Made by a program: the position numbers and the translations under genes
Shown: one piece after another, positions 11,984 to 24,250 of the stretch
How positions within the stretch are numbered: position 1 is the first letter of the stretch
How the letters are laid out: each line of letters begins with the position of its first letter
The notes under the pieces: generated by a model
Told to the model about the DNA's origin: nothing
The model's database searches: none
What the model saw: the letters and a program-made list of their open reading frames with translations, nothing else
Origin: Nemertoderma westbladi
Taxonomy: Eukaryota > Animalia > Xenacoelomorpha
NCBI GenBank assembly: GCA_032718475.1
Contig: JAUCBJ010008981.1
Span: 1 to 60,152, forward strand
Length of the DNA stretch: 60,152 nt
Direction: 5' to 3'

Positions 11984-14350
11984 ACTACTACTAGGATCGG
12001 CATGCTGCATTGCAGCTGCATTTTTAAGAATGCTGTGCCGGCTTGTCAACAAAATTGCGCCGCCACAACTCCCTATCACCCATGACATTTGCTAGATCAA
12101 CCGCATTTTCAAGGCCAGTGTCTTTTAAGATGCGTCTCAAGAAAGTCATGGGCTGTCCACCATGCTTATTCACTCCATGAGGATGCCAAAGTACAAGATT
12201 ATGCACTGGCTGGTCCTCACGGCGAAAGCAATGTCCTTCAAAGCGGAGGCGATTTTGTTCTAGTGTCAAGCTTGGGGGAACCAATGAGACACCTCCAATG
12301 TTCTATAGTGTCTGGTTGGAGATGTGTTCCTTGTACTTGACATAGTGAACCCGGCGTAGCATTCTTGTGAATGTGTCATCCAGAGATTTTGTGTCCTCAG
12401 CAGTTAGAGCACAGCATGGACTCCCATAGAGGAGTACTGTAACTACTGCTGCTCTCAATAATCGGACCTTAAGTTTCCGATTAATTCTCGGTGACTTCCA
12501 AATCCTGGAAAGCCTATTCAAGGCTGCCCATGACTTTCCCTTACGTATTCGAAGGTCCTCTCCTTACAAAGATAACAGAGCCCCAACAAAGATAACAGCC
12601 AGATGCCTGACTTTCTTTTTTGATAACTCTTCAATCATCCTTCTAAGTGCCAAAATGGGCTCCATGGTCCCACGACCTTTACGGAACCCATTCTGATTTC
12701 CACGGAGCATTCTCTCAATGGGATCCCTGATGCGATTTAATAGAATTATATTGTATAGCTTTGCAGCAATCGAGATCAATGAGATTCCCCGAAAAGAACC
12801 ATAGAGTGTTAGGTTGCCTTTCTTGGGAACTGGCACCAACTTATTTGTTTTCATGTCTTGTGGGACTCTTGTTGTTTGGTACATGTCTACTATGATGGGA
12901 TAGATGAGCTTTAAACACTCAGGTATTTTAAAGACCTCAGGGGGAACACCATCTACTCCACTGGTACGATTGGTCTTAATGCTCTTTGCAGCAGCCTTCA
13001 CTTCTGCAAAGGAGATATCACCAATGGGAATATCTGGGAGTACGGACTCAGACACTTTTACTTCTATAAAGTTATCAGGCAATACCCTGTCATTATTGAG
13101 GAGCTTTTCAAAGTGGGCCTTCCAACCATTGAGGCGATCGGCTGGTGATTCAGCCTTAACCTTGGTTGTTGTTTGGCTTTTTCGACCAGCAAGCAAGTTG
13201 ATCGATCTCCATGCCTGGGATGATTGCCTGCTGTCGTCAGCATCATTGATGGCATCAACCTGTTGGTTTATTAGCTCCTGTAAATTAACAGAGTACTGCC
13301 TGTTCAGGGACCTAGATGCAGCCTTAACTGCATTCTTGGCCGCTGTAGTCTGTTTGAGTCGGGACTCTTTCTGCGCCTTGTAGAGGTCATTTCGGCACTT
13401 CTGAATTTTGTTGTCAGTCCAGGGGGCTCTTTTCCTGTTTATAGGGTATACAGGAACTGTTTCTGCAGCTGCTAACTTAACTGCTTCTGTAAAGGCAGTA
13501 TAGCCCTCACAGTGATCTGCCGCCTCAGAGGCAAGAGCCTCATACCTGTTGCTCAGCTGTAGTGTGAAGCTGGATCTCACACTTGGCTGTTGCAACAGAG
13601 AGGACCAGTCATGCCGCGGCAAGGCAGATTTCGTTGTTCTGCTAGCACGCAGACTAAGTCTTACCTTGGCCACAATAAGGCGGTGATCACTGGAGAAGGG
13701 TCGAAGTGTAAATGCATTACAGTCTTGTATAGAGCTCCTGTATTTCCTACGAAACAGAATATGGTCTATCTGGGACTTGTGACCACTGGGTCCACTATGA
13801 GTCCATAGCTTTCCAGTTCGCTTCTTGACAATCCATTTCCAGAGATAAAATCCTGAAGATGGACAGAATTTCGGTTAACACTATTGCTATAGACCCAGGG
13901 CGATGTAGGTGATTGATGCAGACTTGCATTAAAGTCTCCCAGGAATGTTAAGAATGCATGCTGATCCACTCCATCAGTTGCTGCTTGTAGATTGTGGTAG
14001 AAATTTTCCACCTCCTCTACAGGGGCAACACTAGTTGGAGAGTAGCACACAATCAGAACCACCTTAGGAAACTTCTTAGCCAGTCTTCCAGAACATGAGA
14101 AGTGGCAACGGATGATGCGGTTAGAGATTTGGTCTATTTTGTCCAATGCTGCATGTGCAGTTGGATTCATCAATAGACCAATTCCACCATTGCCACTATC
14201 ATCTGCTGAAGCGAGGGCGAGTCGCCAACCGCCCCCCATGTCCTTAATCAGAACCTCATCAGTCTGTCCAGTCTGCATTCGGTGCTCTTGAACACCCACT
14301 GCACTAAGAGAAAGCTTATCTGCCAAGGCAGTCAGCTCACCTTGTCGCAT
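11984..14350 (-). mobile_element. RTE-type LINE family 1, degraded copy with RT core deleted
   Basis: Near-identical to 16977-19848 in reverse, with a (TAG)n tail at 11984-11993. APE motifs QEHR, YSPT and GDFNA are present. Deletions occur near 12565-12585 and 13827. Confidence 0.92.
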
Positions 14351-14370
14351 TGGGGACCCGAGTGTTAGGG

Positions 14371-16295
14371 TTTAATGTTGATGGAAACTTGACAACCATT
14401 GATAATAATCAACTAAGGAAGGTTGACGACTTCCAGTACCTAGGATCATGGATAGAGAGTAGCAAAAAGGACATAGAAGTTAGGAAAGCAAAGACTTGGG
14501 TAGCTCTATCAAAAATGGATACCATCTGGAAATCAGATCTCCCCAGGCACCTGAACACTAAGTTCTTTCGAGCCACAGTAGAAAGTGTATTTTTATACGG
14601 GGGTGAGACCTGGGGCGGTATTCATAGAGTTAGTGTTAGTTACAGCTACTTAGTGACAGCTTTTAGTAAGAGCTGCAACTATGTTTAAGAGCTTTTTAGC
14701 AAGTTTTTTTAGTAAGAGCTATCTGTTACTAAAAACAACTGATTTTAGTAAGAGCATTGACTTAATTTAGTTTCAACTAGCCCTTAAAAAATATCAGTAT
14801 TCATAAACTGTTACTAAACTTAGTTCTAGCCCATTAGTAGCAGTGCCGGTACTTTAACTTATGTTTATCGAAAATATTTCAGTTTTAACTTAAGGACGGT
14901 AGCTATGCCCGGCATGTCTCTATGTTTAGTGGTATACTGTTTTACTAGTATTGGTAGCCTACATTAAACCCATTAATTTTATTGGTCACTGAAACAATTC
15001 CTGTTTTCCAGTAATTTTTTTTCGTTATCAAATATATATTTCCTCCACTCAATTTAATTATCACTAAAATATATTTTTGAATCATCAAAAATAAATCTGT
15101 TACGGCCTGTTGTAATAAAATCCCTTCATTATTTAGGTTAGAATAACGTGGCACTGTAACCTGCCCTTTCCACATTTTAGCAATAATTTATAATTAATAG
15201 ATTTAATGTTAATTAATAGATTTTAGTGGAACTGAATATTTTAGTGATTTCCTGTTAAAATTTTAGTGAAAAATTAATATTATTAGTAAGGCGATAAATC
15301 AATGGGCTACCATTATCGAATACCATTATTTACATTTGGTAATAGAGAGGAAATTAATGAAGTGGGAACGCTACCGCTTTTTTATCTTGCGAAAGTTCGC
15401 GAATGGTAGAATTCTTTAGCGAAACACATTTTCAACGGAAGCGGACCGTTCGGGAGCTATCTCACCATTCAAGAATGTAAGCTGAAATTTGGAAATTTAA
15501 GTCGGATATATGTTTAAAAAACAAAAAGCTTTATGTCGTTACATTTGACAGTTTCTCTGCAACAACACATTTGCAATGAACACAGAATGCTAGAAAAACA
15601 AGAGAGAGTATAATGTGGCCGGAGTCGTCAATAACATAATAACCATACTGTATGTATGAAGGCCAATATGCAATAAGTAAGTGGTCTTACCAACTTAGTC
15701 ACATCTTCATGTGACTAGAAATTTAAGTTACAGCTAATACTAACTTAAGTAAGACTAAATTCTATGAATACGAGTTTAGCAACAACTAGTACTAAATACG
15801 TTAGTAATAATTAACACCAACTTCTCTGAATACCGAATTAGTACAAGCACTTACTAACTTGCTGTGACTAGGACTAAGTTCCTAGTTAGTCACATTTATG
15901 AATACCGCCCCTGGACACTGACTAAATCACTTGAACACTGAATTGATGGTTGCTACACAAGACTACTAAGGGCAGCCCTAAACATCAGCTGGAGACAACA
16001 CATGGCAAATGCCGAGCTTTATGGTATAATACCACCTGTATCAACCACCCTCTGTGAACGCAGATTAAGATTCAGTGGGCACTGCTGGGGAAGTAAAGAC
16101 GAGGTCATGCCAGATCTACTTCTCTGGCAACCAACTCTTGGAAAGCGTAGTCGTGGATGACCGGCCATAACATATATAGATCAACTTGAAAGGGATACTG
16201 AACTTGGGAGAAACGAAATTGTGACAAATATGGAGAATTGGGAAGCCTGGAAGGATCTCATTTCCACTGTCCGAGTTCGGTCGACTTAGTAGTAG
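14371..16295 (+). mobile_element. RTE-type LINE family 2, 3' fragment interrupted by a MITE
   Basis: Encodes VDDFQYLGSWI...FFRATVESVFLYGGETW, matches 47736-49830 in reverse, and ends in TAGTAGTAG. Confidence 0.88.
14613..15910. mobile_element. Non-autonomous TIR element, PIF/Harbinger-like (3-bp CTG TSD)
   Basis: TIRs GGGCGGTATTCATA / TATGAATACCGCCC, with CTG duplicated at 14610-14612 and 15911-15913. The empty site GAGACCTGGACACTG is visible in the other LINE copy (~49575-49590, -). Confidence 0.85.
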
Positions 16296-16976
16296 TTATA
16301 CATGTGTTACCCAGACATTAGCAAAACTAATTGTAACCTCCGAATATCAGAATAACTCCCCTGACAGCATGGTATTAATGATGTCTGTAGTAATTGGGTA
16401 GCGTTGAGTGCACCCAGACTTAGAATGGTCATGAGAAAATATATACTACATTCCTATATATTGGCATTTAATCAACTGTAACTTCTACATAAGAGGGAAT
16501 CTTCGCCACCCACCCAACCTCTATGGCGTCTTTTTAGGGTTATAATTCAGTAAATAGTACAAGTACAAAAAGTAAAAAAAAAAGCAAAAACAGTAAAAAG
16601 TACAATAATCGAGCCGATTGAGGTTAATTAGAAAATACAGTTACCAGGGCAAACAGGCTTAGGCTAAACATGTTCAAATTTATAAAATGGTTTTTATTTT
16701 TAAGCATAACTTTAAGGTATTATGACTTGGGACAAACACCTACCCCCAATATATCACTAATTCCGCATCCAATTTACATTGTTCTATTTTTCAGTTTCCA
16801 CGACAACCGCTACAAACGGACGTTTTAACAATTAAATCCTTAATTTTGCACATTAACTACTCATTGAAACTGAATTGAATATGTGTCACCTAGAACCACA
16901 AACCGGATCTTAATGTAAAACTCAGCAGTTTTAAAACTCCAGTTTTAAGGCATATGCCCCTTAATTAGGTAAAGCA

Positions 16977-19848
16977 AGAGCACCGAATGCAGACTGGACA
17001 GACTGATGAGGTTCTGATTAAGGACATGGGGGGCGGTTGGCGACTCGCCCTCGCGTCAGCAGATGATAGTGGCAATGGTGGAATTGGTCTATTGATGAAT
17101 CCAACTGCACATACAGCATTGGACAAAATAGACCAAATCTCTAACCGCATCATCCGTTGCCACTTCTCATGTTCTGGAAGACTGGCTAAGAAGTTTCCTA
17201 AGGTGGTTCTGATTGTGTGCTACTCTCCAACTAGTGTTGCCCCTGTAGAGGAGGAGGAAAATTTCTACCACAATCTACAAGCAGCTACTGATGGAGTGGA
17301 TCAGCATGCATTCTTAACATTCCTGGGAGACTTTAATGCAAGTCTGCATCAATCACCTACATCGCCCTGGGTCTATAGCAATAGTGTTAACCGAAATTCT
17401 GTCCATCTTCAGGATTTTATCTCTGGAAATGGATTATTTTCGGCTGGAATCCAGTTCAAGAAGCGAACTGGAAAGCTATGGACTCATAGTGGACCCAGTG
17501 GTCACAAGTCCCAGATAGACCATATTCTGTTTCGTAGGAAATACAGGAGCTCTATACAAGACTGTAATGCATTTACACTTCGACCCTTCTCCAGTGATCA
17601 CCGCCTTATTGTGGCCAAGGTAAGACTTAGTCTGCGTGCTAGCAGAACAACGAAATCTGCCTTGCCGCGGCATGACTGGTCCTCTCTGTTGCAACAGCCA
17701 AGTGTGAGATCCAGCTTCACACTACAGCTGAGCAACAGGTATGAGGCTCTTGCCTCTGAGGCGGCAGATCACTGTGAGGGCTATACTGCCTTTACAGAAG
17801 CAGTTAAGTTAGCAGCTGCAGAAACAGTTCCTGTATACCCTCGAAACAGGAAAAGGGCCCCCTGGACTGACAACAAAATTCAGAAGTGCCGAAATGACCT
17901 TCATAAGGCGCAGAAAGAGTCCCGACTCAAACAGACTACAGCGGCCAAGAATGCAGTTAAGGCTGCATCTAGGTCCCTGAACAGGCAGTACTCTGTTAAT
18001 CTACAGGAGCTAATAAACCAACAAGTTGATGCCATCAATGATGCTGACGACAGCAGGCAATCATCCCAGGCATTGAAATCAATCAATCTGCTTACTGGGC
18101 GGAAAAGCCAACCAACCACCAAGGTTAAGGCTGAATCACCAGCCGATCGCCTCAATGGTTGGAAAGCCCACTTTGAAAAGCTCCTCAATAATGACAGGGT
18201 ATTGCCTGATAACTTTATAGAAGTAAAAGTGTCTGAGTCTATACTCCCAGATATTCCCATTGGCGATATCACCTTTGCAGAAGTGAAGGCTGCTGCAAAG
18301 AGCATTAAGACCAATCGTGCCAGTGGAGTAGATGGTGTTCCCCCTGAGGTCTTTAAAATACCTGAGTGTTTAAAGCTCATCTATCCCATCATAGTAGACA
18401 TGTACCGAACAACAAGAGTCCCACAAGAAATTAAAACAAATAAGTTGGTGCCAGTTCCCAAGAAGGGCAACCTAACACTCTATGGTTCTTTTCGGGGAAT
18501 CTCATTGATCTCGATTGCTGCAAAGCTATACAATAGGATTCTATTAAATCGCATCAGGGATCCCATTGAGAGACTGCTCCGTGGAAATCAGAATGGGTTC
18601 CGTAAAGGTCGTGGGACCATGGAGCCCATTTTGGCACTTAGAAGGATAATTGAAGAATTATCAAAAAAGAAAGACAGGCATCTGGCTGTTATCTTTGTTG
18701 ACTTCTTCAAGGCCTTTGATTCAGTCTCTCGCTCACGTATGTTCAGCATACTTTCATTATATGGGATTCCTGATGAAATTATTGCAGCAATCAGATCAGT
18801 ATACGATGGTTCGACAACATTTGTGTCTACTGTTGACGGTGACACAGAACCATTTGAAGTGTTATGGGGTGTCCTCCAAGGAGATACACTTGCACCATTC
18901 TTGTTCATTATTGTGGTTGACTATGTTCTACGCATGTCCTTAGATCATCATAATGATGATGGGGTGATGATAACTCCACCTACTGGGTCCAGAAGTCGAG
19001 GAAATCCTGCCAAGTACCTAACTGATCTAGACTTTGCTGATGACTTAGGAGTACTCTCAGAATCATTAGAGGGAGCCCAACGGCTCCTCAGCTCATTAGA
19101 ACATGCTGCTTCTAGTGTTGGTCTTTTTATTAACTCCAGAAAGACCAAAATTCTGACCGTTAACTTTGAAAGTCCTCAGCAAGTCTCTGATCGGATGAGC
19201 ATAAGCTCAAAGGATGGTATGCTTGAGCATGTGGACGACTTCTGTTACCTGGGATCATGGATCCGGAAGTCAGGTGAGGACCTTCGAATACGTAAGGGAA
19301 AGGCATGGGCAGCCTTGAATAGGCTTTCCAGGATTTGGAAGTCACCGAGAATTAATCGGAAACTTAAGGTCCGATTATTTAGAGCAGCAGTAGTTCCAGT
19401 ACTCCTCTACGGGAGTCCATGCTGGGCTCTAACTGCTGAGGACACCAAATCTCTGGATGGCACATTCACAAGAATGCTACGCCGGGTTCATTGTGTCAAG
19501 TACAATGCACACATCTCCAACCAGACACTATATAACATTGGAGGTGTCTCATTGGTTCCCCCAAGCTTGACACTAGAACAAAATCGCCTCCGCTTTACAG
19601 GACATTGCTTTCGCCGTGAGGACCGGCCAGTGCATAATCTTGTACTTTGGCAGCCTCATGGAGTGAATAAGCATGGTGGACAGCCCATGACTTTCTTGAG
19701 ATGCATCTTAAAGGACACTGACCTTAAAGATGCGGATGATCTAGCAAATGTCATGGGTGATAGGGAGTTGTGGCGGTGCAATTTTGTTGACAAGCCGGCA
19801 CAGCATTCTTAAAAATGCAGCTGCAATGCAGCATGCCGATCCTAGTAG
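16977..19848 (+). mobile_element. RTE-type LINE family 1, near full-length, slightly 5' truncated
   Basis: TSD TAGGTAAAGCA at 16966-16976 and 19849-19859, a very short 3' UTR and a (TAG)n tail. Confidence 0.93.
16987..19812 (+). CDS. LINE APE endonuclease-reverse transcriptase (RTE-like), N-terminally truncated
   Basis: 941 aa uninterrupted. Endonuclease motifs YSPT, GDFNA, QIDHIL and SDH; RT motifs FRGISL, QNGFR, DFFKAFDS, GVLQGDTLAP, LDFADD and YLGS. Confidence 0.92.
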   Translation: MQTGQTDEVLIKDMGGGWRLALASADDSGNGGIGLLMNPTAHTALDKIDQISNRIIRCHFSCSGRLAKKFPKVVLIVCYSPTSVAPVEEEENFYHNLQAATDGVDQHAFLTFLGDFNASLHQSPTSPWVYSNSVNRNSVHLQDFISGNGLFSAGIQFKKRTGKLWTHSGPSGHKSQIDHILFRRKYRSSIQDCNAFTLRPFSSDHRLIVAKVRLSLRASRTTKSALPRHDWSSLLQQPSVRSSFTLQLSNRYEALASEAADHCEGYTAFTEAVKLAAAETVPVYPRNRKRAPWTDNKIQKCRNDLHKAQKESRLKQTTAAKNAVKAASRSLNRQYSVNLQELINQQVDAINDADDSRQSSQALKSINLLTGRKSQPTTKVKAESPADRLNGWKAHFEKLLNNDRVLPDNFIEVKVSESILPDIPIGDITFAEVKAAAKSIKTNRASGVDGVPPEVFKIPECLKLIYPIIVDMYRTTRVPQEIKTNKLVPVPKKGNLTLYGSFRGISLISIAAKLYNRILLNRIRDPIERLLRGNQNGFRKGRGTMEPILALRRIIEELSKKKDRHLAVIFVDFFKAFDSVSRSRMFSILSLYGIPDEIIAAIRSVYDGSTTFVSTVDGDTEPFEVLWGVLQGDTLAPFLFIIVVDYVLRMSLDHHNDDGVMITPPTGSRSRGNPAKYLTDLDFADDLGVLSESLEGAQRLLSSLEHAASSVGLFINSRKTKILTVNFESPQQVSDRMSISSKDGMLEHVDDFCYLGSWIRKSGEDLRIRKGKAWAALNRLSRIWKSPRINRKLKVRLFRAAVVPVLLYGSPCWALTAEDTKSLDGTFTRMLRRVHCVKYNAHISNQTLYNIGGVSLVPPSLTLEQNRLRFTGHCFRREDRPVHNLVLWQPHGVNKHGGQPMTFLRCILKDTDLKDADDLANVMGDRELWRCNFVDKPAQHS

Positions 19849-21514
19849 TAGGTAAAGCATCTATCTGATGGGTCAAAGTGTGTTTAATTTTCCTTAGCTT
19901 CGTGGTTGCAGCCTTTCTAGTAGGCCTACGGTAAGGTCCTAACGGTCTTCTAATTATAAAAAAATCTAAAGGCAAAATCGAAAATATTCCGCAAATATGA
20001 GGGGTCGGCAATATTCGAGAAATATTCGGCAAAAAATTGCGGTAGCGACTGGGCTTCCGGCGCCGGGTACCGGACAGCCGGAATAAACAGATAAAGACAA
20101 TAGGCCCTTCTGGTATATTCCAGGACTTGGCCAGATGGTGAAAGAGTACTAGTTCCTAGGGATGCTACCAAAAACTGTGGAAGTATTCAATCTCACCACA
20201 GTTGATTGGCAGTAGACGGCCAGACAGTAACAGTAGGGGCCTAGCAGCCTAGCTACAGCAGAATAATCCCGATAGCTGGAATCTGGAGACTGGTATAGGC
20301 TCATTGCTCACACCGCCAAAAGGGGATAAGCATCCCACCATCACAACTCCCTAAAAGGTGCCACCCTGCTCCATAGCGCGGGAAATTCAAATGATTGAAA
20401 GACATGCAATTTGTACTGGAAAGGGTGGCAAGGTCAGATCTGCCACCTATATTTTGGCGGTAAATTAAAATCTGTTTTAACATTGAATATATGAAATCTG
20501 TTTTAACATTGAAAATATGAATAGAGTAACCCAGGTAGCAAATAAATAGTTAACTGAACGTACCATGGATTAAATTAACGTTCAATTTTCGTTATATTTA
20601 GTGAATGAATAGAAAATTGTGAATGTAGTAAAGGTTCACCTTGCGTAATTTGTATTACCGTCATGCTAATAACTAAAAATGGACGCTGAATAACCGTTTG
20701 TTAATTGCTGAATAACCGAATTACCGTTTGTACTGAACATGCAATACCGTGATTTGCTTGTACATGAGAAATTATATCGCACTGACTGCCAAATGTGTCA
20801 CTACAAAGTCCACATTTTACCCTGTTTCGGTTTAAGTTCCGCATTTAGGATTACAGTTTCTGAGTCAGTAGCGCATTGTATTTTGTCACGAGTTACTAAG
20901 AATAAGAATGTTCATTCATAATAATATTTTATCATATTATATGTCATAGACAAATATAGCAGTATATGCAGAGGCATTATACACCTATTGTTATTACAGT
21001 GGCCTACCTGCGATATATTTTACTATCAATTCTCTGCTGTACAGCTGCTGTATATATTTCTTATGAATTACATTACGCAATATTTCTTAGTAGACCTAAA
21101 TAAGATAATATGTCTGTAGGCCTGAAGTTTACATTATGAAGTCTACAGCTCTAGCTCCTTGACCTTTAAGTACGTACCCAGGTACATACTGCAGCACACT
21201 GTGTACAGTTTGTAATGGTAATTAATATATTATAATTCTGTAAGTAGAATTAACCGCCAAAAATATATCAATTCACTGGGCCTTTCTATCATCTATCTAC
21301 TTGAAATTTACTATTAATATACTAGGTATAAGTGTATAATTGTTATAATTATAATGTTCTGATGTAATTATAACTGATACAAGCAAATAATAAATGTTCT
21401 TTACATCTTACTGGGATAGAAGTTCAGCCAAATCCCCCGATCCCCCCCTCCTAAATTTTCAATTTTGCTCGAACGGTCGAAGTCCCAGTCTCGTTAACCA
21501 GTCAGCTTAGTTGT

Positions 21515-22650
21515 TGTTCGCGCTTTCAGACCTTTAGCAGTTTAACCTGCCAAATTTGGATGTCTTTTAGATGATAGATAGTCTTTAGCCTATCTTTAGC
21601 CTAACACTACATTAGCCGAATCCAGTCTATGCGCGATCATTCACCCGCTGGATATACCCGGGAGACTGGATTCGGAAGCCTAACCGTATTGCGGGGTAGG
21701 CCTACTGTATTATTCGACTGATCGTAATATATATAATCTCTGACAAATATTATTCACTTTCGGGAAATATTAACAGTTCCTTTAGGACGTGGCGCTTTAA
21801 ATATATAAACAGAGTTATGACTTAAACTAGACACAACGGGATGGCTATAGATTCACGTATATGGCGCATTCTTTAGGAGATGCTTCGTTATCAATCACAG
21901 TCATACACAATACTGCACAATGCTGCACACCAATCTGCCGACCTTCACTAATTTTAGTCACATATAAGAGGAACAACAGACAATACGTGTAGGGCCTATA
22001 AAATAGCATTAAATTCACTGCAAACCATTTAATGTAAGTCGCAATCGTTATATGTATCCGGTCTCTCTAACCTTTAGTATATCAAGAAGATTGGGGTGTC
22101 TGATTATTGATCAGTATTCCAAATATAATATTACATCAACAAATATAATGAATAACCGACAGCAAAAGCAGTAATGTTAAGGTATGAATGATTATGAGTG
22201 ACTGAGATAACGGATATACGTTCTATAATTAAGCCTACTAATGTTGATGCTAAAGACTGAAACACGGAGGTTCCACGCCGGTGTTGTAGGCTGTGGACAA
22301 AATCACATACTCACTCACTTCACTAGTTTCTATATACAATCTCCAACACAGAGTCAAAAAACGCTCTGATTGGTCGACCGAACAAAGAGAGAACAAAGAA
22401 CAAAGAGATGTTCTACGTGGCAATATCAGCTGTTAGCCGTCGTCATGGTATCTACACTGTTTCAAGAGGATCCGGCGTATTGCGTCATAGAATTGCTAAT
22501 CATGTCCGCTAAAGTACACATACAGAAGAAATGGCTTTTATGTCCTCTAAAACAACAATACAGTAAGGACACGGCCTTTTATGCCTGTTAAACCAACTAC
22601 AGAGTACTTTACGGGGAAAATAACCGGCTAATTACGCAAAAGCCTTTACA
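21515..22650 (-). repeat. 3' LTR of copy B
   Basis: Direct repeat of 31864-33003 with TG...CA ends. It is preceded on - by the PPT GGGAGCGG. Confidence 0.95.
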
Positions 22651-23375
22651 CCGCTCCCAGAAAATGGGATTTAAGTCTATAAAATATAACAAATCACAGT
22701 TTCTAAAATATAAAAATACTCTAAACAGTTAGTCTTTCTTACGAGGATGGCATTTATGCAGTTTTTTGAGGCTAACAAGAGTCCTTTTCTCTTTGGGGGG
22801 AGCCACTTTACTAGGAGGGCTATAAATCCTGGGTGAAGGGTACAATATGATTGCATCAGAAGGTGTAGGATTATGGTCGGGGTATCCGCCGTTTCGATAT
22901 GCTTCTCCTCGAGCTGATTTTCCTCCGCTCGTAGCTGGATACGTTCATCCAAAAACTCTCGCAGAGAATAGGGTCGTCCAAGTTCGATAACTTCTTAGAG
23001 ATTCTGGATTTCCCGATCGAACTGAGATAAAGTTACTTTGTTTACCACTTGGACCTGCTAATGCAATTTACGTTTATCTGAACAAGCGTAAGTTCCTTTT
23101 CTGATCTTTGTAGAATAGCGTCTAACTCATTTGGTACAACGCTCTCCGCCACTCTGGTGACAGGTTATATCGTGTTAAGCCGGGACGATGGTAAGGGTTA
23201 AACGGCGATATTAAATGTCCGCGTCCCAATCCGACTAGGTAGGATGGGCTAATATCTAGGAAGCCCACCACCGGGATGCCACCGACTAATTATTCAGGTA
23301 ACACTAGATCTTTGAGTAGTGAGTACAGCTCGGGAGGATCCGTCATACTAATAGGATCAAGAGTCTGAGGTCTCA

Positions 23376-24250
23376 CTAGGGAATGAGGAGGTCTGATCGA
23401 GTATTCCGAAACTCTGATCATTGGTTTATTTAAGGATCGTCTGAGTCGAACGAGCGTAGGTGATACGTCAAACAAATTTCGCTCGAAACTCCCGCCAGTA
23501 TAGCGAGTAAAACCGTGTTTAGTGCAACGTCTCCGCGGATGTTTAGGTCTTTCCGTTTGTTGGTTGGGTCTAGGGCATTCCTCGCAATAATACCAAAGAT
23601 GCACGTCTTGTAGGGGAAACGCGAGTGATCTTTCTCCAGCTTACAATATTCCTCCATCTGTTCGAAGCTATCCGGTACAACAGGTAGCGGTCGATCGGCG
23701 GTAAGATACATCCTAGTGGAATAGAGCCGTTTGAGTTCTACCCTGCGGTCATGATGTATACCTTGAGGATATCGAGTTTCTAGATTCTGTTGACTGGTAA
23801 TATCGAGATAGGTTTCTCTCAAGAATTCCAGGTATTTGGTGAAGTCGCTGCGTTTATCCGGCTCTTCGACATCTGCACTTTCGAGTCGGTTTCGAATAGA
23901 ATTTTCGTGTTCGAGTCTCAGTTTATCATTCCGCTTCCGCTGGGTATGATATTTAAATAAAACCATTTCCCTTTTGGTGTCTATATCGTTCGTATCGTGT
24001 AGGTCGATAGGATGACCAGTAGTTAAGAAGTCCATATACGTACCATTACGATGCGTATAGCGAGCGGTGAATTTTCTACAATCCAACTCACGCGTGAGCT
24101 GCTCTTGGGACATTGGCGGTTCGATATAACGACCATCGTCCTCCGCAGCAGTTGGACCAGCATCGCCGCGTATTAAGCTATCAACAAACGCCTGCAACGG
24201 TAGAGTATATCTCCCCTGACACCAAGATCATCTTCTATCAACTCAGTCAT
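23376..24250 (-). pseudogene. Unknown 3' ORF2 of copy B (~290 codons reconstructed; 255-aa open core at 23430-24197)
   Basis: ATG at 24250 (MTELIEDD), a 1-bp frameshift near 24212 relative to copy A, and premature stops near the end. The ancestral stop at 23376 aligns with the copy A stop at 6276. Confidence 0.65.

Noticed and set aside
12904-19345. Antisense and alternate-frame ORFs over the LINEs
   Set aside because: Shadow ORFs; their recurrence reflects LINE copy identity.
22370-22591. 73-aa ORF repeated at 32723-32944
   Set aside because: Antisense ORF inside the LTR with a non-ATG start; the identity just reflects LTR duplication.
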